DNA of 64,000 nt. Source: Octopus vulgaris. Taxonomy: Eukaryota. Both the position numbers and the translations under genes were made by a program. Position 1 is the first letter of the stretch; the number at the start of each line of letters is the position of its first letter. The stretch is from NCBI GenBank assembly GCA_951406725.2, contig OX597814.1, forward strand, positions 95,232,001-95,296,000, given 5' to 3'. Shown here piece after piece: positions 12,291 through 27,612 of this stretch. The notes below the pieces were generated by a model. It had not been told where the DNA came from. It saw nothing but the letters and a program-made list of their open reading frames with translations, and searched no databases.

Positions 12291-14292
12291 AACTGCAGAT
12301 GTGAAAGCAAACTTCTCAATCACACAGCTATGCCTCACTTTCTTTTGTTTCAGTTGACATCCTCTCAGAACTGTTACCACAATAATATTTCATGTGCAGG
12401 ACCCTTTGTTTTGTTTTTTTATGAATAGGTGTTGAGTAATCCTAACATTCAGGCCAGGCCAAATCACCCCACCTGGATACCTTTAGATACCTTCACTAGA
12501 GATAGTAGTTGCAAGATCTTGAACCAGTACCCTGGTTTACACACTATCTAATGTTTAACCCTGCAGATATCATTACAAAGCAGGTGTTTCAGCTGGATAT
12601 CAGCTACATTAGTCTCGCCATTTTACAAAGGTCAAAAGCATTGCCCCTTCTTCCCTGACTAACCTTACAAAGAAAAAGATCCAAATGAAATGAAAGGCAG
12701 CTAGTAGATTAAAAAATACATATATATGTATATGCACAAATATGTAAGCATAAAAACATATACATATATATGTGCGCACATACATGGACACACACCATAC
12801 ACTAAATTAAGCTGTTGTAATAAACCGCTTAGCAAACCTATAATTGTGCTATTTAACTGTTTGTATAATATAGCTGTTAGAAATTTTTCTTCGTTTGTTT
12901 GTTTTATTATCATTATTCTAATGCAACCCATCGGAAATGTATAGTATTAAGTGCGCTGACTTCATCAAAAATAAGTAGACAATTATTTTTACAGGAATTA
13001 TCAAGAAAGAAAGATTGAGGACCTCATTTTAAGAGAGGAAAGATCAGGAGAGTGTCTCGTTTGAGTTCCAGTGACCTCCCTATGAAACAGTATGATACAT
13101 CATTACAGGTCTAAATTATCAGGGGGAAAAAAATTATTTTAAAGAGATTCTAATACCTTCAAAATGTTATTCCTTTCTCCAGTTTCATACATAAGATTAT
13201 CAAATTACAGTTATTATAATGGCATTACTTGACAAACTGTCATGATTCTAAAATAAGAAATAAATATATAGATATAATAATAAGCAGTAGAGCAGGGAGT
13301 AGGAGTTATGTTTGCATCTTCCCTCTTATGTTCGCTGACATATGCACGTGCAAAGGAGTGCAGTTTCCTTGTGGTTTTAGTTTTAGCAATAGCATTTAAG
13401 CTGTCTAGAAAACATCAGTGGAAAATGATACTAAACCACCCATGTTTAGGGTGAAAGGGGCTCTGAAAAGAAGTATCAACTTTTGCATCCGGCAGATACA
13501 TCATCAGCTGTCATTGTTCCTGTTGTTGTTTAGCCCAAGGTCAGCTGTGATCAAACAGACCTATGATCAAGACAATAAGATAATCCAGCTATCTTGTCTT
13601 TTATTCAGACATAACATATGTTGGACTACTTTATCTAATGTGTCCTTCCTTTTTTTCAGGTAGTAGGATGTGTGAATGTACAAGCACACTGTGGCCCATG
13701 CATCACCTAAACTACCAACATCTGCTCGACATGCTCAACCTCTGCTCTTGGAAACTACATCTGCAAGCAATCTGAACATCTGTTACACCCATGTGCAGAC
13801 AGCTTCTAACATTGATTTTAAAAAAAAACAGATCAAAAGAGTTCTTTTGATAGATTCAGCAGATATATTCCTAGGACTCCAGTGACAAATCTTATTTTCA
13901 TTCTTTGAAGGTTAGTTGCAGGTAGGACAAATTGCATCATCTACTCACCAAATGTAAATGTGGGCAGTTGGGTTTACAGATTAGAAACCTGTTTCTGAAG
14001 AAGAAAAAAAATCCTGCTACAATAATATTTCAACATAAATAATTTCTCCCCTTAAGACAAGGCCCCAGATTTATAAATCAAAGTCAACTGGATAAACTGT
14101 TTTTTATAATTTAATTGGTTAACTCCCACAGTGCCATTCCCTCTCTCAGCCAAAGGGTCTTAGTTTTGCAAGTTACTTGTGTTGGTGTAACATAAAATGC
14201 ATCTAGTACACTCAGTAAAGTGGTTGGCATTAGAAAGGGCATCCAGCTGTAGAGACCATGCCAAAGCAGACAATGGAGTCTGGTGCAGCCCT

Positions 14293-14704
14293 AGGCTGAA
14301 GACGCTCAACCATTATTCTCTAGAAAAACGACGCCGCCGTGGCGATCTCATTCTTGCTCACAACATCATAAGCGGAAAGTGTAACCTCTCGAAAGAGCTG
14401 TTCTTCACTCCTGCTCCAGAGCGTCGGCTGTGGGGTCACTCCGAAAAGCTCTATCTGCAACGATTTCATCTCAATCGAAGGAGAGGGGCTTTCTCCGTCC
14501 GGGTTGCGGATCTGTGGAATAAGCTGCCGGACGAGATAGTGAAGATGCCGACGACCGCTCGGTTCAAAGTCTCTCTTGACCAGAAATGGCCTGAACTCTT
14601 TGCATGAACACCCTCCCTGTACATAACTCCATGTCCCTCTACATGGCCTTGCTTTTTGCTTTTTGAGCCAAAAAATTAACTTAACTTAACTTAACTTAAC
14701 TAAC
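14293..14704 (+). mobile_element. CR1-type LINE 3' end (5'-truncated), inserted in a SINE
   Basis: ORF2 C-terminus RLKTLNHYSLEKRRRRGDLI...GHSEKL...RRGAFSVRVADLWNKLP, a short 3'UTR and an (AACTT)n tail at ~14678-14704. Confidence 0.88.
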
Positions 14705-17219
14705 ACCAACACCTGTCAAACATTCAACTCATGCTACTATGGAAGACAGACATTAAATGATGATGATGATTAATAATTTAGATAGCGTGTAAAACTTTAG
14801 CTACATCAGTAAGTAACAATCCCTGTTGTGAGTTTGAGTTCAGTTGGTGCCAGCTGACATCACACATGAAGTGTACAGCACCAAGGGTTACAAAAGGGAT
14901 TGTATGACTTAACAATATGTACTACATACTCAATAATTCTTTTAGGTACCTATATGGTCACAAGCAGCAGAAGTAAGCACACTTTCAAGCTTTCCCACTC
15001 TTAACCCAGTAGAATATCAAAGATGTGATATCCAGATTGAAAGTGGCAGGACCAGCACTGGGCCAGTATTTTATTTACTAACCTCAAAACGATGAAAGAC
15101 AAAATTGACCTCAGCAAGATTTGAATGCATAGCACAAGGAGCTGGAACAAACAGTGCAATGCATTCTGTTTATTTCTCTAATGTCTGTTAATCAACCACT
15201 TTGCCAGTTATAGTTGAAAAGTATAAAAATATGAAATTAAGTAAAAACAAAAAACAAACAAACTGAAGAACATGATTACAAAAAACTTGTGATTAATATG
15301 CATACAACTTTTTTTCCAAATATACAATGTAATTCTGGGCCATATTGGTCACCCTCTCACTTCACTGATTTAATTCTGTAGTGCCATTTCTACCATTCCA
15401 TTGCCTTATTTCTATATTAATTCTGATATCTTTCCACTAGACAAGAGATGCAGCATGATGTTTTGTTAGTGAACAGGTCACGGTCTCAAAGCGCCGAAAA
15501 TATTTTGACAAATTAAACTTAAATGTTGAAGTGAATCTAACGGTTTTGTGTGTTTCTTAAATGGCTTATAAACACCTTCCACGCTGCAGTTGTTTTCGTT
15601 CCATCACACGATCTCAGATCAAGTCACTTGCTATGCAAGTACATCTCCTTAAAGCCAAATCATTATAGAGGTAAAAGTAAGGGTAGTTGAAACAATCTCC
15701 CCAAATCCAACATTTTATGGGCACTTATGTTATCATTCATAGAAGGATGAAAAAGTAAGTTTGACCTCAATGGAATTTGAACTTAGACTGGAGAGAGATG
15801 AAACTAAATACTGTTAGGTTTTTAGAGCTAGTGTTCCAATGGCTTGGCTATTTCAGAAAGGAAATATCCTGTCAATTTAGTAGGTATAAGAGGCTTTGAC
15901 AGTTCATATTCTATTACCAGCATTAACTTATATGATACTTAAAACTCAATGGCCCAACCAAAGTGGTTGTAAATCGATACCATGTGCTATAAGCAGTCAG
16001 TGGGGTAAAGGGGTACTGATTTTTTTTATATGACCACTTTTGTAGAAAGGAGTGGATGGAATTGGTTTAGTCCACATTACTCTGTAAGGAGCACAGGGCT
16101 GGTTTCCCAGCTTCTTTGATGTATATATTCCTGCCTGGACATGATGCCAGTCCATTGCAGAATTACTCATTTTTACCAGCTAAGTGGACTGGAGTAGTAT
16201 GAAAGGAATTGTCTTGCTCAAGGAACACAACGCATTGCCCAGTCTGAGAATCGAAATCCCAATCTTGTGATCATGAGTCCAACACCTTAACCACTCACTA
16301 ATCAATGATACAGTTCACCAAATGAAACAGCTTATTTTGTAGCTATTTATACGACCTATCAAAGCTGAAAAGATGGAAAGTCAGAAATCAACTTTAGCAT
16401 GATCTCATAGATGCAGCATAGGAGATGACAAGTATTTTATCGGCTTGTGATGCTGAATTGATTATAATCATAGAAAGTAAAGAGGACGAGTTCCCTTAGG
16501 AGCTGGTTCTCTATAGAGACGCTGCACAATGACAAAACTCCTCAGTTCTTCCCCACTAACAAGCCATTGACAATAAAACTGAACTTGTATTTATCTTTAT
16601 TTGCTGGAGCTTCAAATACTTAAACAATAAGGACTCAGATGCAGTCATGTGCACACACAAACACACACACATACATCTGCATGCATGCCCTCCACCACAC
16701 ACACACACACACATACATCTGCATGCATGCCCACACACACACACACAGACATATACACATATGCATCAGCATGCACACACACAAACACATACACACAAAC
16801 TAATTAGTGATTTCAAATGATCAATTTATTCTAATTTACTAATTAATTACTGATTTACTTAGAAAACAACACAAAAGGAGGCACTTCATCATTGTTGCTT
16901 ACACTCACCAATTTGTGCTGTTTCACTGAAAAATTTTCTATGCAGAAACAGTTTAGTATTATTTCTTTTTCTTCATTTTTACACTTTTTAAAAAACTTTT
17001 TCTTTCATTTCCATAGTTCCAATTATTTCTCCCTCATTTAACAATCAGAAGAAAGTCATTTTCTGATCTTTAATCCTTTCAAATTTTGTTGGAAAATGAA
17101 AATGGTGTAAAGAAATAAATGTGATTTAAAGGAAGCTTGTTTTTTTATCTTTATTTTATTCATTTCTTTTTTTGTTGTTGTTGTTGTTGTTGTTGTTTTC
17201 ATTGTTTCTCTACTTGTTG

Positions 17220-18565
17220 GATGTGATGGTGGCTGTATTGATGAATGTCTTGGAGATTGTCATTGTCATAACCATGATGATAGTAATGATGTTGGTTGGT
17301 TAAGGTGACAGTGATGTCTGTAAAGATAATGTTAATTGGTGATAGTAATGTCTATGGTGATGATGATGGTGGTGGTGGTGATAGTAATGTTGATAATGAT
17401 ATTGATGGTGAAAGTGATAATTATGAAGAAGATGATGACAATGAAGCTGAAATGACAACGATGTTTCATGATGACAATGATGATTATGATGATGACAATG
17501 ATGATGATGATGATGATGGTGGTGATGACGATAATGCTCATGAGGATGATAGTGATGGTAATATTGGTGACAATGTTGGCTGGCAATAATTTACAATAAT
17601 GCTGATGATGGTGATGAAAATGATGACGACGATGATGACGATGACAGAGATAGTAACATTTGTGATGATGATGATTGCAATACTAATGTTGATGATGAAG
17701 ATGATGATGCTGGTTGGCTGGTTGGCAGCAGTGATAGCAACACTGGCAATAGATGGCGACGCTGACACTGGTGATGTTGATGAAAGCATCAGTGACGACG
17801 ACAAATGACGATGATGGGGGATCATCGGTTAGTTGGATGACAATGACAACAGAAAGTTCCTTAACTGATGACGATGACGACAGGGGCAGGGGGTAATGCT
17901 GTGGATGGTGGTGATAAGGTAATTTGTGATGACGATGGTAATATTGATAATGATACATTAATGACGCTGGTAGTTAGTGGTAATGATGCGTTGTCGTCAT
18001 CCCTGTTGCCACTGGCAGCGATGCTAGTGATGCTGGTGAGTGTCAACACCGTCAAGGCTCTGTTTTCTTTCCATTTTGGCTCTATGTTAATTATGTTGTT
18101 TGTTACATTATATCCACACAATTCAATCCGCTGTCGCCACCATCACTGTCACTATCCACCACCACCACCACCACCACCACCATCCCCACTGAAACCACCG
18201 CCACAACGACTGCCACCCACTGCTACCACCATCATCATCATGACCACCACCACCACCACTAACACCAATACCACCACCACCACTGCCATAACCACCTCCA
18301 ACACCACCACCCTTACCATCATCACCTAAAACAACAACACCAACATCACCACCACCATTACTACCACCACCATCACCACCATCTTACTGTCACCAGTACC
18401 ATCACCACCAACAACATCACCACTGCTGCCACCACCACTACCACCACAACCAACATCATCACTGCCACTATACACTTACTACCAATGTACACCCGCCCCC
18501 TCCTCAACCATACACAAGCCACCACAAACCATTCTTATAAACCACCACCACCACCCGCCACCAAC
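17220..18565. repeat. Degenerate trinucleotide region: GAT/GGT-rich (to ~18050), then CAC/CAT-rich (from ~18135)
   Basis: Directly visible low-complexity sequence. Source of the poly-D/M/P/T ORFs. Confidence 0.85.
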
Positions 18566-19050
18566 ACCCTGCCTCCCTCCCAACCTGGCAACTGATCCTG
18601 CTCAGATAATTGCTCAAATGGAAAACATACAGCAGAAACTACAAGTCACTTTGTCTCTTTTTTTTTTCTTATCTTAGTGTTTGTTTTTTACCAATGTATT
18701 TTTAACGAATTTAGTCTGGAAGGCATCAAGGGCAGAAACAAACTGTGTTGTAATCAACAGAAAGAGAGCAGGGAGAAAGGGGGGGATGAAAACAAAGGGA
18801 AAGAGAAAAAGAAAAGAAAGGAAGAGTATGGAGTACAGAGAGAGAGAGAGAGGGTGGAGACAGAGAGAGAGAGAGAAAGATTGAGAGGAGGGCAGGAGAC
18901 AGACAGGCAGACAGAAATTGCATCTTTTTTTTTTTTTAAATGTGCAAGATGAAGAAAAGAGGTTTGAGGGACAAAACAAAGAAAACTGCTATATACATAT
19001 ATACATATATATATATGTGTGTGTGTGTGTGTACATACACACACACACAC

Positions 19051-19109
<59 letters not shown>

Positions 19110-19177
19110 TATACATATACACACAAGTATATATATAATCTGTTGCTTGCTTGTCTCATCTCCTCTCTTTCTCCCTC

Positions 19178-19229
<52 letters not shown>

Positions 19230-22030
19230 TTAAGATTTATTTCTCAGCCATTGTACACTTTTTTTCCTTTTGATTTAGGATTCAGGTTTTTATAAAATAA
19301 AAATTATAAACAAATACAGAACAATAGCATAAACAAAACAAACAACAAAATTCCACAACAAACAGACATTATGCTACTGAAAACTACAGAACCCATCCAA
19401 TCTTGCTTATAGTAATTGAATTTTTCAATCACAAGAATGTGTACTTTTGCTCAAAAGTGTCAGCAACTTCCATGCAATGGATTTACCTATTTTTCCTTTT
19501 CTTTTGAACATTTTTGCCCTATTTAACTGTTTTCTTGTCTTATCAAGACAAATTCCTACACAGAGGTGGGAAGGAAATCAAAATAAGAAAAGGCAACCAA
19601 TAATAAAGAAAATAAAGAGGAGGGAGAAGTAAGAAAGAACATGTAAGAAGAAACAGCAGCAATTTCCTTTTATTTATTCCTTGAGCTCTGTTGCTAGTAA
19701 AGTTTGTGCAACATTCTGAATAGAAGAAAATAGAGTATAGACTTGTGTTTTCTTATTATGGGCTATGACCATACAATAGTATGTCAATATGTGTGGTATG
19801 ACCATACAATAATGATAAACGTTGCCCTTTTCAAGCCTAGCCAGGCTTGTGGGCCCAGTTTCCCGGTTTCTGTGGTGTATGTGTTCCCCCCAGCTGGACA
19901 GAACGCCAGTCCATCGCAGCGTTACTCAAGAAACAGGAAGAGAGAGTGAGAGAAAGTTGGGGCGAAAGAGTACAACAGGGGTCGCCACCACCCCCTGCTG
20001 GAGCCTCGTGGAGCTTTTAAGTGTTTTCGCTCAATAAACACACACAACACCCGGTCTGGGAATCGAAACCGCAATCCTCCGACTGCGAGTCTGCTGCCCT
20101 AACCACTGGGCCATTGCGCCTCCACTCATGACCATACAATAGTATGTCTATATATATGGGCTATGACCATACAGTAGTATGTCTATATGTGTGCACATGT
20201 GCATGCATGTGTGTATGTGTGTGTGTCTGTGTCTGTGTGTGTGTGTGTGTGCGTGCATGCTTTTCTTTGAGCTCTATGTTAAATGTTTCTTAAGAGAATT
20301 CAAGCCAGGCACTAACAAAGTGACAAGACTTATATTTTTTTAGTTAAGAGAACTCCTGGTGTTTGTAAATATGTGGTTGAGTTGGTGCGTTGGTTCATCT
20401 GTTGATGCACACAGCCAAGTGTGTGTGCATCTATTCATCTAAAGAATCTCAGAGGGAGAATCTTTAGAATGTTTTACAAATCTTCACTAAGCTGCAAATA
20501 GATTGGATAAAGAGAATCCATATCAGTTTGTTTTGCTCTTTCTTCAAAAAAACCTAGTGTGTCTACATTTTTGTCTAAATTTGTAAGCACATAGCCTAAT
20601 GCACCTGTAGAATTTGTAGTTGGGGATAGTGTGTGTGTGTGTGTGTGTAAGAAATTATGATAAACACAAGTCTACAACATTTGTTCCTTATATATGTTTC
20701 ACCATTGTGGTCATTTGCAGCCTCTGCATTAGATATTCCATGTACAACAGACCAGCACCCAACTGCACTTGGAACATCCAATGCAGAGGTTGCACATTAT
20801 TACCACAATGTTGAAACGTACATCAGAAACAAACGATATAAACCTATGTTTATTACAGTTTCTCCTACCATATCACATCCCTGTATCACATCCAGTAAAA
20901 CAACTAAGTACAGTAGTAACCACACCATTGTAGTGGAAAAGGACAGTATGATGATACTCAATGTGGAGCTCTAAGCTCAACAGTCATAGTCATACATCTA
21001 ACTGTACGCATAAGATTTACTCTCTATATATGTCCATCATCATCGTCATCATATAGCATCCATTGTCCATGCTGGCATGAGGGGGGCAGTTTGATCAGGG
21101 CTGGTAAGCTGAGAGGCTGCACCAGACTCCTGTCTGATTTGCTGTGGTTTCTATGACTGGATGCCCTTCCTAATGCCAACCACTCCAAGAGTGTAATGGG
21201 TGCTTTTACATGCCACTGGTACAGGTGCCAGTTGCATGACACCAGTATCTGCCACAACTACGATATATATATACATAAGAAAAGAAATGCCAAAGGAATA
21301 ACCAATTATCTTATGAACTTCATTAACATATAGCTATTTCCACTATAAGATGCAGTGGACTCATAGTTGAGTACCCAAGGGTAAAGGGTAAAGACTCCCC
21401 ATCAGTCATGAGCAACTATGGGATTGCACCTAGAAAGTTCTCCTCTGAGACACAAGTCTGAGCAAGGTTGTTTATGGAATACCAGCAGTCACCAATGCAT
21501 ACCAGCCTCAACCTCTTCATGCCACCGATGTTATCCAAGGGAAAGGCAAAGACTTATATAGCTTGACACCAGTGACGTTGCAACTCATTTCTACAGCTGA
21601 GTGAACTGGAGCAAAGTGAAATGAAGTGTCTTGCTCATAGGAACACAATGCACAGACCAGTCTGGGAATTGAACTCACTACCTTATGATTGTGAGGCCAA
21701 CACTCTAACCATTGACCCCTTACAGTTTCATCAGAGTCCCAAACATGATGTGCAATTTGTTTGGGAAAATAAATACATTACCAATGAGAAAGCAAATATG
21801 TAGGAGATGAAATCCAGGGGCACCTCCAACAATTAAAATAAGATTTATTCTAAGATGTGTATAATAATGGGTATATGCAGATGTAGAGAAAGAGTAAACA
21901 GATCTATCAGTAAGAATATATGTATATAATATATTATTGCTCTATACCTGACTAATGCTTTGCTCAGAATCATACATATATTGAGTTCTACACCTGGCTA
22001 TTAGTATGGCAATGCCTAAGCAAAATATTA

Positions 22031-22073
<43 letters not shown>

Positions 22074-22543
22074 TAGCCATGAAACGTACGTAGTCTTTTT
22101 ACTTATCATATATTGTTTATTCATTTTTTTGTACTTTTTGTGATCTAGTTATATGTTTTATAATATATTTTATTTTTTGATTTGGTTTATGTCTATCATT
22201 GTTTGAATTACATAATGGTGGTTTTTCTCTAATTTATATATATTATATATTTATATTGTGAAATTTGATTTAATACTAATCTGAATTTTTCCCTGTAAGT
22301 TTGGAGTTATACTCTCTATTATCATTATTTATTTATATATCATCATCATCATCATCATCATCGTTTAACGTCCGTTTTCCGCGCTAGCACAGGTTGGACG
22401 GTTCAACCGGGGTCTGGGGAGCCAGGGGCTGCTCCAGGCTCCAGTCTGATCTGGCAGTGTTTCTACAGCTGGATGCCCTTCCTAACGCCAACCACTCTGC
22501 AAGTGTAGTGGGTGCTTTTTACGTGCCATATATATATATATAT

Positions 22544-23929
22544 CAGTGACATGCAATCGAGACATGCTAGTCATGCACTGCATGTCTGTTGATTTTTATA
22601 TAACTCAAAACTCAATTTAAGAACGTATTGTATTTATAACCACATTGAAAAGTTGTCAAAATCATTGGAAACTGAGCTAAAATTGTTACTTTGTTTCAAA
22701 GGAAACCTGTCCAGATTGATACTTCACTGCGTTTCCATTTTGCTTCCACTAGGCATACTTTAAGAAAAATGCATATGAAATCTTTTGTCCCTACCTTCCA
22801 ATCTTTCAATAACTATTATTTCAATACCTGTAAGATTCCTTTTTTATTTTGATAAAATAACTAGAAAAAGCATGCTTTCAGAAAAATACATGTTTTGGCT
22901 TCTCCTCCCTTTCTATCAGTACTTCTTTGTCAACAATTCTTTGTAATTAATGTCCCTAATGCAACAGGCTAAGTGGTTGAATGGGTTTGACTTTTTGACC
23001 CATAAAAATTCTAACCAAAACATATCAACAATCCCATAATTCTTAATTAGTCTGCTCAAATGTTGCTGTGACTTTGGAATATCTATTTCGCTCTGTCATA
23101 AGTTTTGAAATTATTATCACTAACCATCCTCTCTGTATTAAACAAAAAATTCTGAAATCAGAAATATAATATAGCTAATTAATCTTTCGCTGATTTACTA
23201 AAATTATCTTTCGGTTTCGTTTAAACTGATTTACAATTCATGTAAATGAGGTATACTGTGACAAAGTGAAATTAAAGTGTTCATTGTTTTTTAGTTCTGT
23301 TTAACAACTGAAAGTGTTTTTTTCTACAAAATGAAACTTGAAAGTTAGAAAAAATATAAGTGCAGAAATAAGTCCAACAAACTCTTTTTACATCTTTGTC
23401 ACAGTATACTTCATTTTACTGCAGGAAATTTCTCTGAAAGAAATCTTTGCAGTAAGGTGATTGGACTGATTACATATTTCTTTCATTATTTAATTGCAGT
23501 TTTTTTGCCCAACAAATTCATGTGAGATTTGGCTGTTATTTCTAGCATGTGGATAGCCTGCTTGAAGGCCGTAAAATCAGGAGGGGAGGGCTTGGAGTGT
23601 TTTTTTGTTTAGCTTTTTTGGAAAATTGAAATTTTACAAACAATATTTTTTTTCAGAATCATATTCTCCGTATTTTTCTACATATTTTCCCAAAAAAGTT
23701 TCCAAAAAAGTGAAAAATGAAGAAATGGGTGGAGGAGGAGGAGGTGGGGCTTATTGAAATTTTGAAGTTACAATTTTCGCCAATTTTTTTTTTTTCAGAA
23801 TCAAAATTTCCATAGCCAAAAACATGGGTTTCTGTAACAAAAAAATTTTTAAAAGGGGGGGTTATGTCTCCGCCATGTGCGCCAAGCATTTATTGCATGA
23901 CCAACCTCTGAACTCACTGCACGCCACAA
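22544..23929. mobile_element. Possible old non-autonomous DNA transposon
   Basis: Degenerate terminal inverted repeats cagtgacatgcaatcgag / ctcactgcacgccaca, flanked by TA-rich sequence. Confidence 0.35.
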
Positions 23930-24132
23930 ATATACATAGTCAATATACACTCCGGATGATATTACCATCCAGTGAAGCGAACACAGAATTACCCATTGGA
24001 GGAATTTATAACATAAATGACAATTCCTATTAGTCATAGACATTAAATGATAATTGATGTGATTAGCCATAACCTGGAATATAACTGAGAACTACCATGG
24101 TATCCACCCAGGTAATATAACCCGCTAAACCT

Positions 24133-24169
<37 letters not shown>

Positions 24170-24189
24170 AACAAGTAAACATGCAACCT

Positions 24190-25010
24190 CACAGTGGAGA
24201 TGACAAAAGACCAAGACAACTGGCTATTTGCTATGCTTGAGAAGACCTGTCCAGCTAAGTAAAATCGAGGCCATAAAGGCATGTCCTTTGTGTCCCTGCT
24301 CACTCCCTTGCAGATCTACATGCACACAGTATGACCCTGTCGAATCTTTTCCCGACAGCATATCCTCTTAATGTCTCCTCCTTCAATTGGCTTGACATGT
24401 CTTCTCAAGCATAGCATATCACCAAATGTCTCAGTGACTTGTCATCGCCTCCATGCGGTCCAACATTCAAGGATCATGCTTCACCACCTTGACCCATGTC
24501 TTCCTGGGTCTACCTCTTCTACAGCTTCTACCCACAGTTAGAGATCAGCACTTCTTTACACAGCTGTCCTCATCCACATACATCACATGACCATGCCAGT
24601 GCAGTTGTCTCTCTTGCACACGACATCTGATGCCTCTTATGCCCAGTTTTTCTCTCAAGACATTTACACTCAGTTGCACATGCACATTGACATTGCACAT
24701 CCAGCAAAGCATACTAGCTTCATTTCTTTCAAGCCTTCACATGTCCTCTGTGGTCACAGCCCACATTTCAGTGCCGTGGAGTATAGCTGTTCACACACAG
24801 GTATCATATAGTCTGTCTTTCATTTTGAGGGAGAGGCTCTTTGTTACCAACAGAGGTAGCAGCTCTCTGAACTTTGTCCAGCCAATTCTTATTCTAGCAG
24901 CTATACTCACAGAACATCCACCTCCACTGCTGACTTGGTCACCAAGAAAACAGATGCTATCAACTACTTCTAGGTTGTACATTTCTTGTGTATATTGTAC
25001 CTGTACATCT
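24190..25010 (-). mobile_element. RTE-clade LINE 3' fragment
   Basis: Minus peptide EVVDSICFLGDQVSSGGGCSVSIAARIRIGWTKFRELLPLL...RLYDTCV, with a downstream GRPRKTW motif (~24495-24515). Confidence 0.85.
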
Positions 25011-25156
25011 GCCATACATAAAAACTATTTACCCTGTTAACCTTCCTCTGATATTGCTGCACCACTTATGTGTCCATAGCTTGCACCCAAGTACACCTTA
25101 TGGAGTTTCTACCTACACTTTTCCTACAGATCAAGCAGGTCCCATATATTTATATT

Positions 25157-25250
<94 letters not shown>

Positions 25251-25415
25251 GATAGATAGATAGAGACAGATAGATAGAGACAGATAGATAGTCAAACAGA
25301 TAGACAGGCAGGCAGACAGACAAGTATATAGAGAGATAGATTGATAGATAGACAGATAGATAAGTGTATACATACATATATATATATATATATCCATATA
25401 TACATACATCTATAC

Positions 25416-25489
<74 letters not shown>

Positions 25490-25496
<7 letters not shown>

Positions 25497-25785
25497 TATG
25501 TGGGCACAGGACATCATGAAATGCGTACAACAAAAAATACGAAGTACGAGTACATGGAATATGAACTATTTTTCGAACAGCAAAAGACACAAATGGAAAA
25601 CAAGACAAACAACATAAAGAACGACCCTTTATCAGTTGTTGGCTAGGGTTGTTCTTTATGCTGCTTGTCTTGTTTTCCATATGTATCTTTCGCTGTTCAA
25701 AAAAACAGTTCATATTCCATGTACTCGTACTTCGTATTTTTTTGTTGTACACGTTTCATGATGTCCTGAGTCCATATATGCATAT
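25490..25785. repeat. ~138-bp-arm inverted repeat with an 18-nt loop, probably Penelope pLTR-derived
   Basis: 25490-25627 pairs with 25646-25785 with scattered mismatches. It is flanked by (TA)n. Confidence 0.85.
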
Positions 25786-25872
25786 ATATATATAGATATA
25801 TATATATTATTTATATTATTGTATGATTGAACGCCACGCATCCTCTTCAAGTAAGTTTTATCTACACACACG

Positions 25873-25973
<101 letters not shown>

Positions 25974-26186
25974 ATGTTGATGATGATTCATTTTATGTCC
26001 ATTTTCCATGCTGGCACAGGTTGTGTGTATAAGTGTGTGGATGGATGAATGGATAGATAGATGAATGAGCAGATGGATGGATGGATGGATAGATAAATAG
26101 ATGTACATACACACACATCCATTTCATGATACAAGCATACTTACTTGTGCCTACATGCGTGTGTATGTGCGTGCATGCGTGCGTCT

Positions 26187-26259
<73 letters not shown>

Positions 26260-26357
26260 CGTAAGTATATATTATATCGCCTGCACTGGAAACCCTTGCA
26301 CTCTTAATGCCAATGTTTGTATAATTTTCCAAACAAAAGGAAATATACTGGACTATC

Positions 26358-26415
<58 letters not shown>

Positions 26416-27612
26416 CCCAACTTCATACACAAACACATGCAAATACATACATATACGTATATAGCCTGAAGTGAAGGTATCAGGGAGGGAGAAGAGGATA
26501 TGGTACTTACTGCTTCTTTTGAAGTGTATTATAAGGTTTCTAAAGTTTAAAATAAAAAAAGAAAAGAAAGAAACTGAAAAAGTGAGAGCCGACTACATGA
26601 GGAACACAAGTGAATAGACCAAAGCCCTGGGGGGCAGGAAATAAGTTCCTAAGGGATGTACATAGTTTTGTATTTTATAATCACAACAACAAAACTGATA
26701 GGTTTCTGGTTGTGGTAATGGCTGTGGTAATGGAGGAGAAAATACATAAAAAAAGAGAATATACTGGTAAGAGATGAGGAGGTGGTATAGAAGATAAAAA
26801 GTTTAAGGTATAATGAAAATAACCTATTATGCCTAAAACACAATGAATTTTACTGATTATAATGATGGATGAAGAAACAGCAGTAAAAAGCATAAGAAAA
26901 GCATCATCCTCTAAAAAACCATACTGGAATAGGAAGGAGTAGAGCTTATATCTACTTTTCACAGTAGTGAAGCAGATAGAAAAAAACTGACTGACCCCTA
27001 AAAGTATATATCCAGGCTTTATTTCCAGGATGAGGGAAGAAAAATATGAAAAAAATAAAGCAATAAAGTAGGTGCAGATGAGGATGTGTGATAAGAAGCT
27101 TGCTTCCCAACCATGCAGTCTTGGGTTCAGTTCTACTGCATGGCACCTTGGGCAAGTGCCATCCACTACAGCCCCAGGCCGACCAAAGTCTTGTAAGCGG
27201 ATTTGGTAGACAGAAACTGAAAGAAGCCTGCATGTAAAAAGCACTCAGTTCACTCTGCTGGGTGGTTGGTGTTAGGAAGAGAATCCAGCCAAAACAGACA
27301 CACTAGCTTGGTGTAGTCTTCTACCTGGCCTGCTCATTTCAAGCTGTCCAACCCATACCAGCATAGAAGGCAGACATTAAATGATGATAGTGATGATTAT
27401 ATATATATATATAGATGCGTGTATTTTTCCCTTGTTAACAATTAACATTGAAAAAATAGATAAATAGTTACCAGGGTAGCAACAAATCACACAAGTAAAG
27501 AGGTTGTAACTCTTTGTCTTTAAAGGTAGAAACTTCGGGTTTACGTGAAATTTTTTGTATAATATATAAATAAATAAATGGAGTTTAACGCAGGTGTAAT
27601 TCAAATTCTTTT

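Noticed and set aside
14197-14607. 136-aa ORF as a host gene
   Set aside because: Chance fusion of SINE sequence with a CR1 ORF2 tail.
17296-18329. Asp-rich and Pro/Thr-rich ORFs as biomineral or mucin-like proteins
   Set aside because: Degenerate triplet repeats that are open in several frames on both strands, with no splice or domain support.
19762-20190. Recurring atgaccatacaata motif resembling a CRISPR-like array
   Set aside because: A short minisatellite interrupted by a SINE with a TSD. No unique equal-length spacers, and the context is eukaryotic.
22070-22100. GAAACGTACGTA hammerhead 3' half
   Set aside because: No CTGANGA core or stem I partner upstream. At most a remnant.
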